This document shows positions 1 to 9,900 of a stretch of 64,000 nt of DNA, one piece after another; positions within the stretch are counted from its first letter, which is position 1; each line of letters opens with the position of its first letter. Origin of the DNA: Candidatus Enterousia sp. (lineage in GTDB: Bacteria > Pseudomonadota > Alphaproteobacteria > Rs-D84); NCBI GenBank assembly GCA_045546195.1, contig JAZQCH010000002.1, positions 23,328 through 87,327 on the forward strand. Reading direction: 5' to 3'. The notes under the pieces are model-generated. The model was not told the DNA's origin, did no database searches, and worked only from the letters and a program-made list of their open reading frames with translations. Position numbers and translations under genes: made by a program.

Positions 1-49
1 TCATTTTCTGATAAATCAATTTATGAATTGACGCAAAGTTTGCCCCAAT

Positions 50-77
50 AAAAAATCCCCATGTTGGGGATTTTTTT
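50..77. terminator. Intrinsic terminator (bidirectional type)
   Basis: AAAAAATCCCC-atgtt-GGGGATTTTTTT hairpin just after the stop of the minus-strand gene 82..2007. Confidence 0.8.
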
Positions 78-81
78 GTGT

Positions 82-2007
82 TTATACATAACTTTTCAAT
101 ACAATGTATATCTGCCCTGGCTCGGTTTTAATAAGTGCTGCCGACACCTTGTCGACATTGTCGGTTTGTTGTGCGCGTGCCAGAATTTTATCAAAACTGC
201 GCACAAACTGTGTCGCCTGGGAACGGAATACTGCGTCGCCCTTCAACATTTCTTTTATGCGTTTTTTGTCGGCCGCGTTCAGCATCTTGGCCAGCCATTT
301 TGAAAATATAGTTTTATCCCCGCTGTGATATTTTTTCCATACGACATCTGGGATTTCTGCGCCGGCTGCGCGTGTTAAATCCATAGACTGTTCGTGCAGT
401 TTTTCAAACATCTTGTCGCACTGCGCCAAAAAATCTTGGCTGCTAACATGTCCAAACGATTCTGATGGTGCTGCCTTAATCGCATCCATCGGTGCCGATG
501 CGCGCGCCACCATCATTTGTTTGTTCAGTGTCTGCATGGTATTGACGGCCTTGGCATAGTCCGACATCAAATCAATCATTTGCTGACGCGACGCGCCGGC
601 CAAATCTTCTAACTTTATTGCTGAATCCGAAATCGCAGTCGTAGATTCTGCGACGGTTGTCTTCATCTGATTCAGTTTTTCGTTCAAACTGCCAACAATC
701 TGTTCCAGGGTCTGACTGGCTTCGACGCTGCCGCGTGACAAATCGGGCAGGGCGGAATAGTATTTTTCAATCAGCGCCGACAGTGGCTGTAATTGTGCCG
801 TTGTTTCCGACGACATTTTAATCAGGTTTTCAGATTGCCCCGACAACTGCGTGTGCGCAGTATTCATTTCAATCAATGTTTCACGCACGCCGGTCGCCAT
901 CGCGCGCACAGATTCACTGAATGCGCCTGCTGCCGTTTTGGTGTTTTCCAGTGTGGCATTCGCAACGCCCGATACGGTCTTTAATTCAGACACAACGCCG
1001 GTTGCGAATTCTTTGATTTCGCCGTCAAATCGATTGGTCAGTGTTGCCAGTTCGGTCGAAATTCCGCGAACAGAATTTTCTGTGCCTGTGGCCGTCGTCA
1101 TCAGCGTTTCAACCGCATCGGTCAGACGGCGTGTCTGTTTGTCGATTGATGATTCTGCCAGTCGTACCTGTCCTGCGACAACATTTGCGGTATTGGTCAG
1201 CGTGTTCATCTGGCTGGTCAACTGTTTCTTGGACTGTTTGCTAAATTCCGCTAATTTATCCAGGTGACCATCCAGCAATCTGTCATTTCTTATCATAACA
1301 TCTTCGTAATTTGCCGCCGCCGACTTTACTTCGCCAAACCCATCCGCCACAGACTTGGACAGTTCTGCCAACTTGCCCTGTATTGTTTCGGATTCGCCGG
1401 CCAACACCTTCATCTGTTCGGTGTTTGTATTAAACTCGTTCCCCAGGTGTTCTGCCAACGCCTTGCTGCTTTCAATCCATGAATCTATTTGTGTTTGAAT
1501 TTGTGCGGTGCGTTCTGTGGTGGCCTGGGATGTTTGGTCAATGCGCCCCAGCAAATCGTTAACCGAATTTGAAAATCTGTCGGTTGCGTTTTCGACATCT
1601 GTCCACGATTGCGAATCAACAATCTGTCCCAACCCTGTCACTGTATTATCCAGTCGCCCCGACATAGTTGCGATTTTCTTTGTTGCCTCGTCCGCGGTTG
1701 AAACCAGTTGTTCGTTCTGCGTTGTCAGTATTTTTTTTAATTCATCCGCCGATGCGATTTGCGCGTTCAGTGTGTCACGCATGGTCTGAAAACTTTGCTC
1801 TATTTTATTTATTTCGTCTGCCAACAGCGTGTTCAGCACCCGCACCGCGTCAGCGACCTTGGCGCGTTCTGGCCGCGTCATAATCATTAACAACGATTCC
1901 ATAACTTTCTGTGATTTTCTGGACACAAAAAACAAAACGCCCAGTGTAATCGTCAACAGTCCGCCCAATATTGCGCCACCAACCAGTAATACTTGTGTGA
2001 TTTCCAT
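82..2007 (-). CDS. Membrane-anchored long coiled-coil protein, TipN/RgsE(GPR)-like polar scaffold
   Basis: N-terminal TM helix, ~500 aa helical repeats, C-terminal VWKKYHSGDKTIF...FRSQATQFVRSFDKIL resembling the conserved end of alphaproteobacterial TipN/RgsE-type proteins. Confidence 0.6.
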   Translation of the reverse strand: MEITQVLLVGGAILGGLLTITLGVLFFVSRKSQKVMESLLMIMTRPERAKVADAVRVLNTLLADEINKIEQSFQTMRDTLNAQIASADELKKILTTQNEQLVSTADEATKKIATMSGRLDNTVTGLGQIVDSQSWTDVENATDRFSNSVNDLLGRIDQTSQATTERTAQIQTQIDSWIESSKALAEHLGNEFNTNTEQMKVLAGESETIQGKLAELSKSVADGFGEVKSAAANYEDVMIRNDRLLDGHLDKLAEFSKQSKKQLTSQMNTLTNTANVVAGQVRLAESSIDKQTRRLTDAVETLMTTATGTENSVRGISTELATLTNRFDGEIKEFATGVVSELKTVSGVANATLENTKTAAGAFSESVRAMATGVRETLIEMNTAHTQLSGQSENLIKMSSETTAQLQPLSALIEKYYSALPDLSRGSVEASQTLEQIVGSLNEKLNQMKTTVAESTTAISDSAIKLEDLAGASRQQMIDLMSDYAKAVNTMQTLNKQMMVARASAPMDAIKAAPSESFGHVSSQDFLAQCDKMFEKLHEQSMDLTRAAGAEIPDVVWKKYHSGDKTIFSKWLAKMLNAADKKRIKEMLKGDAVFRSQATQFVRSFDKILARAQQTDNVDKVSAALIKTEPGQIYIVLKSYV

Positions 2008-2098
2008 TCCTTCCCCCTGAATCCAAGCACAGATTTTTATATAACTTGCAGTTCTCTTGGATTTATACTAAAATCAAAACAACAATGCAAGGGTATAA

Positions 2099-4714
2099 AT
2101 GGCAAAAAAAAGAACACTTTCACCAGAACAAGATCGTGCCGCCAACCCGACTGAAAACGTCTGGGTCCAGGCGAACGCCGGCACCGGCAAAACCAGTGTC
2201 CTGGTTCAGCGTTTGTTGCGTATTTTGTTTCGTTCGCCGGACTGTGGCACATCGGGAATTTTATGCCTGACATATACAAACGCTGGGGCGGGTGAAATGC
2301 GCAATCGAATATTGGCATCCTTGCGAAAATGGGCGACCGCGTCAGACGATGAATTGCTTGATTTGTTGGATGGTGTTGCGATAAATCGCCCGGCGACATC
2401 GGATGACATTGCGCACGCGCGCCAAATCTTTTTCAGATTTATTGATGCGCCCGAAATTCTAAAAATAAAAACCATCCATGGCTTCTGCGAAGAGATTTTA
2501 CACCGTTTCCCGATTGAGGCCGGTCTGTCACCATCCTGGACGTTGGTGTCTGATTCCGCCCAGCGATTATTGTTACAGGACACGTTCAATAATTTAATCA
2601 ATTCGCCTAAAAACGACAGTCGAATTTACGATGCCTTTGCGCACATTGTCGGTCGTGTGTCCGAAACATATATGACTGACCTGTTGGGGATATTAAGCGC
2701 CCAGTACAAGCAATTTTTCCAGATTAAAAACTTTGATAAATATCGTGAATGCTTTATTGATACGACTGCGAACTTTCTTGATTTAAAAAATCCCGGCGTT
2801 GCGAATTTCGACCCTGTTGCGCTACAAAAAATCATAGAAATCGCCACTGATGAACTAAATAACGCAAAAAAGCCGGCAAAATACTTGTGCGAACTTGTTA
2901 ATTTAACAAAACAGTACATTGATACGACTGCGGATTTTGAAGAATATAAAACTGCGTACCTAACTGCCACTGGTGACAAAAAATCGCTTGTTTCGAAAAA
3001 GCCATATTTGGTCGCCGAACAGGAACGTGTCTATGCCCAAAATCAGTTAAACGCAAACCAAATGTTGTTCCGCGATACTGTCGCACTGTTTGATTTGTCT
3101 GCGGCATTTGCGGACGAATACAAACGCATAAAACGGTCGCGCAATTTGTTGGATTTCGAAGACTTGATTTTATACACGCGACAACTGTTTTCTGACGCGG
3201 CCACAATGGGCTGGGTTTTGTCACAGTTGGATTTATCGCTGTCGCACATCCTGGTTGACGAAGCCCAGGACACATCGCCCGCCCAATGGGATATTTTGCG
3301 TTTGCTGTCGGGTGATTTTTTTGCTGATGGTGACACAAATCAAATGCCGCACTCTTTGTTTGTGGTTGGCGATACCAAGCAATCTATCTATGGCTTCCAG
3401 GGTGCCGACCCCCGTGCCTTTGCGCTAAGCCGCGACGCGATTTCTGCCCAAATTTCAGAAAATATGCGCACCATTGCCGAAATTCCACTGGCGCAGAGTT
3501 TTCGTTCCACCGCCCCAATATTAAAAACGGTTGATAAATTTTTTGCGGACGATGGCGTTATTGATATATCCGGATTTGCGAACAATGAACATAAATGTTT
3601 CCGTGCGGACGCCCCTGGCGCGGTTGAATTACATAAACTGACGGCTAAACTAGAAACCGAAACAACATTAAAACAATACATTGATGAAATCGCAGATAAA
3701 ATAAAATCGATAATCGATTCCGGTAAATTTGCCGCGCGTGACATCATGGTTTTGGTCCAACAACGCAACCCAATGGCGTCGCCCCTGACCGTCGCATTAA
3801 AGCGTCGTGGCATAGATGTCGCGGGCAGCGACCGTATCGTTTTGCCAGATTTTCCGGCAATTCGCGATTTACTAAATTTAACACGTTGGTGTCTGAATCC
3901 GGCAGATGATTTTAGTTTGTGTTGTGTGTTAAAAAGTCCGCTTTTCCGTTTGTCTGAACTGGATATTTTTGAATTTTGTAAAATCAAAAATGATGCGAAT
4001 CTGGAACGCAAGCGCACCAACCCAGACGCGCCCCAGATGACGGTGTTCGAAGTTGTTCGGGACGCGTCGCCAAACATATATTCGCGCCTGGTGGAATATC
4101 AAAATTGGGCATCGGAATTTGCGCCATATTCATTTTTTGAACGCGTGTTAAATACCGACAACGCCCGTCTGAATTTTATATCTGCACTTGGCCCCCAGGT
4201 AATCGATCCTTTGGCCGAATTTATGACAATCTGTCTGGCGTATGAACGCACCCAGCCCGGCACGCTGTACCATTTTCTGAAATGGTTCATTACCGGGGGC
4301 AGTGAAATTAAACGCGACATGGATGCATCAAACGGCGTTCGTATTGTCACCGTCCACGGCAGCAAGGGTCTGGAATCCCCCGTCGTATTTTTAATCGACA
4401 CTGTCCGCACGCCCAAGACAGAAAATATTTTGCCGATTGAATCTGGCAATGAACCGGTTTGGCTGTGGGCGCCGCGTGGCGATGCCAGTGGCCGGCGTCG
4501 CGATGCATCTGACGCCCTGATGCGTATTCGCACGGCGGAATATTATCGCCTGCTGTATGTTGCGATGACGCGTGCCCGCGATGAACTGTACATATATGGT
4601 TATACCCCGAACAAGAACGCGCACCAAAACGCATGGCATACCCAGTTATGGCGCGTGCTGGCGGGCGATACGCCACACAACTACCTCAGGATTACAAATG
4701 GCGACCTTACATAA
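2099..4714 (+). CDS. addA: AddA-type UvrD/RecB-family helicase (no C-terminal nuclease domain)
   Basis: Q motif (EQDRA), Walker A ANAGTGKT, LTYTNAGAGEM, TIHGFC, LVDEAQDT, VGDTKQSIYGFQGA, TVHGSKGLE, RLLYVAMTRA. Confidence 0.9.
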   Translation: MAKKRTLSPEQDRAANPTENVWVQANAGTGKTSVLVQRLLRILFRSPDCGTSGILCLTYTNAGAGEMRNRILASLRKWATASDDELLDLLDGVAINRPATSDDIAHARQIFFRFIDAPEILKIKTIHGFCEEILHRFPIEAGLSPSWTLVSDSAQRLLLQDTFNNLINSPKNDSRIYDAFAHIVGRVSETYMTDLLGILSAQYKQFFQIKNFDKYRECFIDTTANFLDLKNPGVANFDPVALQKIIEIATDELNNAKKPAKYLCELVNLTKQYIDTTADFEEYKTAYLTATGDKKSLVSKKPYLVAEQERVYAQNQLNANQMLFRDTVALFDLSAAFADEYKRIKRSRNLLDFEDLILYTRQLFSDAATMGWVLSQLDLSLSHILVDEAQDTSPAQWDILRLLSGDFFADGDTNQMPHSLFVVGDTKQSIYGFQGADPRAFALSRDAISAQISENMRTIAEIPLAQSFRSTAPILKTVDKFFADDGVIDISGFANNEHKCFRADAPGAVELHKLTAKLETETTLKQYIDEIADKIKSIIDSGKFAARDIMVLVQQRNPMASPLTVALKRRGIDVAGSDRIVLPDFPAIRDLLNLTRWCLNPADDFSLCCVLKSPLFRLSELDIFEFCKIKNDANLERKRTNPDAPQMTVFEVVRDASPNIYSRLVEYQNWASEFAPYSFFERVLNTDNARLNFISALGPQVIDPLAEFMTICLAYERTQPGTLYHFLKWFITGGSEIKRDMDASNGVRIVTVHGSKGLESPVVFLIDTVRTPKTENILPIESGNEPVWLWAPRGDASGRRRDASDALMRIRTAEYYRLLYVAMTRARDELYIYGYTPNKNAHQNAWHTQLWRVLAGDTPHNYLRITNGDLT

Positions 4715-5153
4715 GATTTTATCTGCGCACGATGGCGTTAAATTTGCCTCGGAACATGGTACGCAAACCCATGCGCGCCTTCAGCGCATCATAATTGATG
4801 GCGAAAAAATTCATGGCGATACTGAACTGGCACGCACAATTGCGGCAATCCCAGAATTGCGCAAATTTTTTTCGCCTGCCTCGCGAACCGAAGTGCCAAT
4901 CGCTGGCACGATTAACGGCCGTTTCATCAGTCGTCGCATCGACCGATTGCTTATCGATAACGCCACCAAATCTATTTTAATTCTGGACTATAAAACAGAC
5001 GTTGATTGTACCGCGTTTCGCGATAAATATGTGATACAGTTGCGCGAATATGCGACGCTTTTGCGCGCCATCTATCCAGACTATAAAATCAGCGCCTACA
5101 TATTGTGGACACATGATTTTTTACTGGAAAAACTGCCTATAAAGCCGCTATAA
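4698..5153 (+). CDS. Stand-alone RecB-family PD-(D/E)XK nuclease (AddA C-terminal domain equivalent)
   Basis: GTQTHARLQ, TEVPIAG, RIDRLL, DYKT, QLREY motifs; ATG 4698 preceded by AGGA and overlapping the helicase 3' end. Confidence 0.85.
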   Translation: MATLHKILSAHDGVKFASEHGTQTHARLQRIIIDGEKIHGDTELARTIAAIPELRKFFSPASRTEVPIAGTINGRFISRRIDRLLIDNATKSILILDYKTDVDCTAFRDKYVIQLREYATLLRAIYPDYKISAYILWTHDFLLEKLPIKPL

Positions 5154-5154
5154 T
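5149..5154 (+). promoter_or_regulatory. Putative -10 box (TATAAT) of a leaderless recN transcript
   Basis: TATAAT 6 nt before the recN ATG, no Shine-Dalgarno. Confidence 0.4.
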
Positions 5155-5160
5155 CTGGGC

Positions 5161-6813
5161 ATGCTAGTCGGATTAAACATTTCAAACATCGTATTGATTG
5201 AAAAACTGAACCTGGAATTCGGTGCTGGTCTAAACATACTGACTGGCGAAACGGGTGCTGGGAAAAGTATCTTGCTGGACGCATTATCATTGGCGTTGGG
5301 CGCACGTTCTGACGTTGGTTTAATCCGTCACGGCTGCGACATGGCGTCCGTCACCGCAGAATTTGATAACGCACCTGCGTCTGCGGCTGAAATACTATCG
5401 GAATATGACATTGATTGTACCGACGGTTTAATACTGCGCCGCACCCTGAACACAGACGGCAAGAGCAGGGCCTGGATAAACGACACACCCGTATCTGTAA
5501 AAACATTAAAGGCGGTCGGCGACACACTGATTGAAATCCACGGTCAGTTTGCGAATCATACTTTATTAAACCAGGTGACACATCGCACGACACTGGATAC
5601 TTTTGCTGAAAACAATATTCCGAATTATGATGTGTTGCTGTCGCGCACTCGTGAAACATATTTGGCGTATCATGCGGCGGAAAAACGCCTGTGCGAATTA
5701 CAGGAACTGTTGGCACGCAGCGCATCTGAACGCGAATACTTGGAACACAATGTCGCCGAATTGCGTGCGTTGAATCCGCAACCCGGCGAAGAAGAAGAAC
5801 TGGCAACCCGGCGCGCGAATATGATGAACGCTGAAAAAAATGCTGCGATTTTATCCGAAGCAGCCGAAGCGTTATCTCCGCGTGGTAATCCGCTTGATGC
5901 CCAGTTGTTTAATGTTGCGCATATACTGCAGCGTATTCGTGGCGACGAAAATCCATATTCAGACCAGATTGATAAACTGTACGATTTGGCGGAATCTGTT
6001 GCCCAAATTGCCCAGTCTTTGACACCTGAATCAACCGATATGGATAATATGGATTCAATCGAAGAACGTCTGTTTGCTATCCGTGCGGCGTCACGCAAAC
6101 ATCATGTTCCGGCGGATGAATTGCCAAACATACTGGCCCAGATGACGGAACAGTTAAACGCAATAGATAATTCGGACGCTGAATTAAAGAAATTAACGTC
6201 TGTGGTTAAAAATTGTCGTGCTGAATTTGATTTGGCGGCGACCGCCTTGTCCAATGCGCGCAAAGTTGCATCGGATGCGTTGCGAACGAATTTATTGACC
6301 GAATTGCCTGATTTAAAGTTGGGTTCTGCGGACTTTATGGTTGATATGTCGGCGACTGCGCCATCATCAAACGGTGTTGACGACATTACATTTATGATAA
6401 AAACCAATCCTGGCTCGCCATTTGCGCCATTACATCGTGCCGCATCTGGCGGTGAATTGGCGCGTTTGATGTTGGCTATGCGTGTTGTTTTGGCGGGAAC
6501 AAACGACAAGCATTCGTTTGTTTTTGATGAAATTGATACTGGTATCAGTGGCGCAACCGCATCGGCGGTCGGCAATCGCTTAGACCGCCTGGCGCAATCG
6601 AACCAAGCCTTGGTCATCACTCACTCGGCCCAGGTTGCGGGCTTTGCCACCCGTCATTTCAAGATATCTAAATCGGTTTCTGATGATAAAACAACAACAT
6701 CGGTTCGCGAAATTATGGGCGACGAACGCGTGAACGAAGTTGCCCGCATAATCAGCGGCGCCGAAATCACACCTGAATCAATTACAATGGCAAAAACCCT
6801 GATAAAAAATTAA
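5161..6813 (+). CDS. recN: DNA repair protein RecN
   Basis: LTGETGAGKSILLDAL, IHGQF, ASGGELARLML, FDEIDTGISG, VITHSAQVA. Confidence 0.97.
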   Translation: MLVGLNISNIVLIEKLNLEFGAGLNILTGETGAGKSILLDALSLALGARSDVGLIRHGCDMASVTAEFDNAPASAAEILSEYDIDCTDGLILRRTLNTDGKSRAWINDTPVSVKTLKAVGDTLIEIHGQFANHTLLNQVTHRTTLDTFAENNIPNYDVLLSRTRETYLAYHAAEKRLCELQELLARSASEREYLEHNVAELRALNPQPGEEEELATRRANMMNAEKNAAILSEAAEALSPRGNPLDAQLFNVAHILQRIRGDENPYSDQIDKLYDLAESVAQIAQSLTPESTDMDNMDSIEERLFAIRAASRKHHVPADELPNILAQMTEQLNAIDNSDAELKKLTSVVKNCRAEFDLAATALSNARKVASDALRTNLLTELPDLKLGSADFMVDMSATAPSSNGVDDITFMIKTNPGSPFAPLHRAASGGELARLMLAMRVVLAGTNDKHSFVFDEIDTGISGATASAVGNRLDRLAQSNQALVITHSAQVAGFATRHFKISKSVSDDKTTTSVREIMGDERVNEVARIISGAEITPESITMAKTLIKN

Positions 6814-6836
6814 GCCGCCAATTCGGCGGTTTTTTT
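6812..6836 (+). terminator. Intrinsic terminator of recN
   Basis: GCCGCC-aattc-GGCGGT + T-tract. Confidence 0.8.
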
Positions 6837-6875
6837 AATTTGTTCGCGCTTGTCCAGTAATATATAAACCGCAAT

Positions 6876-6899
6876 AAAAATCCCCCAAACGGGGGATTT
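6876..6899 (-). terminator. Intrinsic terminator of giant gene 1
   Basis: AAAAATCCCCC-aaac-GGGGGATTT. Confidence 0.8.
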
Positions 6900-6905
6900 A
6901 TTTCT

Positions 6906-9900
6906 TTACCATGATGTATATCCTGGTTCGCACGTGCGTTCACACTTGCCGCGCGACGCGTTCCAACGTCTGGACCCTGTTTCGTCTGAATACGTATCGC
7001 AAATCAAACGACATTCGTTGTTTTCCAGTGTGTACAGTTCGCCCTGATACATACACGCCGCGATTTCGCATCCTTGGACATAGCTGCTGGCTGCTAATTC
7101 ACCGTTCGCACTGTACATATTGTTACAACGTCCACACTGTTCCCACAGTTCGTTTGTCTGACTTGGGTCATTTGTATAACCTGGGTCACACTTTGTCGCG
7201 ATACAGTCGCCCCATTTATTGGTCTTATGATTCCATTCGCGCGTACCAATACCGTGTTCCAGTTCGCACGTCTGTTCGTCAACCTGACATGCGTTTTCGC
7301 CCAAATGATATCCGTCTTCACATTCTGTGATAATACATGCCCCGAACGCGTTCTTGGATGCAATCCATGTCTGTGTCGCAGCAACCGCATTTGGTGCGCT
7401 ACATCCGATTACATCTTCTTCGCATTGCTGGCCATTTGGATGATATCCACTTGCGCATGATTCAACCACACAATTACCACTTGGCTTGTACGAAATCGCA
7501 TGTTCGCGTGCGCATGGCTTACATATGCCGTTAATCATTTCGAAACTTGAACTACATGATGTTTCGATACATACGCCGTCCACAATTTCGCATGGGTTGC
7601 CATTTACCGACATTCCTGTGAACTCACAGTCGTTCGGATAATACGCCTTATCAGACACTGGCACTGCGGTCCCATTGACAACTTCATACGGTTCGCACAC
7701 TTTATAGCAGTCGTTAATACTGTCTGACTTTGCAGCAGATTCCGTGTGTTCGCCACCTGTCAAAGTCGCGCACGACTTTGGCGTATCGTCGCCTGAACTT
7801 GGGTCGCATACCATACCTGCCGGACATTCGATACACTGACCGTTGTTCATTGTGTATCCAGCTGCGCAGACTTCAACCTTACATGTGTCGGCAATATTTG
7901 CCCCGTAATAGTCGCGTCCCGACATCTGATATGCGTTTTCAATCACAGCGCAATCTGAATAGCAATACGCAACATCGGTTGTTCCGGCGTCTGCCTTGGT
8001 ATGTGTACCACCTGTTGCGTCGGCGCATGTGCGTTGACCGTCTTCTGGGGTACATACATGATTCTCTGGACAGTTGATACATGCACCGTCAATCAGCGTG
8101 AACCCATTTTCACAACCTGTGATGGTACATACTGTATCGCAATCCACATTTTGACCGTTGGCAAAGCATACATTATATCCAGCCGTATCAGATACCGACG
8201 CACTGTCATAGAAGCGTGTTTGTTCACCGGTTCCGTTATTCACATTACATGTCAACTGTTCCAGATAGCACGCCGTCGCATCTGCGCTCTGCGTACCCAG
8301 TGTCAAACCATTGTCTGGACACGCCATACGACCTGTTGGGTAACCACTGTTGTTGGCATCTGCCACCGGCCCAAAGTGGTTGTAATCCACCACTTTACAA
8401 ACCGTTTCACCGTTCTGCCACCAATAACCTGCGTCACACTTGGTCATTGTAATTGTGCCACACGATACATATCCGTCTGATTTTTCGTCGCCAAACATCA
8501 TGCCGTCCGCCGCCTGGTCATACAGACATCCGTGCACACCCGTACCGTGTACCGCCGGCCCCGTATATTCGATACCCGGGTACGTCTTGGTCTTTTGACA
8601 TACACCATGTGGTGTTGATGCGTTGGTTGTGGTTGTTGTACCGCCAGCCGGACAATCGTATGGCAACATGTCGCCTTCGGGACTGTAACGACCAATTCCA
8701 ACCTCTACACAGTCTGTCTTGGTCTGGCTTTCATCATACCAATAACCGCCTTCGCACCACGCGATTTCAATTGTGCCTGCCTGACAGTTCTGGTCATACT
8801 TTACCGCATTACCATCCTGACGCGCGCTACACACATGTGAACCCTTGGCCAGATTGGTTTCCGACACATATGTATCCACGCGCTTTTGACAGTCTGTCAA
8901 CGCATCCGATGTTGTCGCCCCATTGGTGTTTCCACCATCTGGACACGCGTACTTTACCAGTTCTGCTTCCGCACTCCAGTTATCCGCACCAACCGCCACA
9001 CAGTTGATTGCGGTCTGCGCTTCGTCGTACCAGTATCCAGCCGCGCACCAATCAATATCAATTGTGTCTTCGTGACAGTTGTCATACGCAATCACACCCC
9101 AATTACATGTCCATGTACCCTCGGCCAGTCTTTGTGTCTTTGCTGTATCGACATATGTCACATATGCCATACCTTCCTTATAGCACACGCCGATATTCGT
9201 CGCGTTTGCGCCACCGTCTGACAACCCGCCGTTTTCACATGGGTTTAATCCGCCGACTGTGCCAGAATCCGTTCCGTACGATCCGCCTGGGCACCAGTGA
9301 TTTTCCTTACACGCAACACAGCCTTCATCTTCACTGCCTGTACCTGTGTAATAGTATCCCGGCTGACACGTTGTCACACCCTTGGTCCATTGAACCATCG
9401 CGGTCGCATTGTCAACAGATGTTGCCGTTAACGCATCTGTGCTTTCTGCCAATGTGCCGTCCGCATATACAATCTGTATATCGTTCAACTTATACCCCGC
9501 AAAGTTATACGATGTGCCATCTTTGATTGGCAACGCGGTACCAATTGAACTAATTGCTTTGGACGCCGCCGCATCACTGTACCAACCTGTTGCGTATTTC
9601 AAATACACCGGCCCCTGTGCTGCGTTTTCGGTTGCGTCTGGCGCACTCAGGTTAACCTTGAATACTCCTGGTGTCCAAATCGCATACAGTTTGGTGTTCG
9701 TACCATTCTGGGAAATGTTGCCACCGGCAATCGCGCCTGCGTCATAGCACGCCCCTGTGCCATCGGCATTCGCGCACCATTTATTGGCGGTATTATACCC
9801 TGTGCGTTTCAGCACGCTTGTCGCGGGCAGGGCGCAATCCCCACCATCAAATGTACAGCGTACTACATCGGCAATATCGCCCGTGCCACCGTTTTTATCC

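Noticed and set aside
6841-6875. Possible dif site (CAGTAA-TATATA-AACCGC) between convergent terminators
   Set aside because: Neither arm matches the XerD consensus TTATGTTAAAT convincingly
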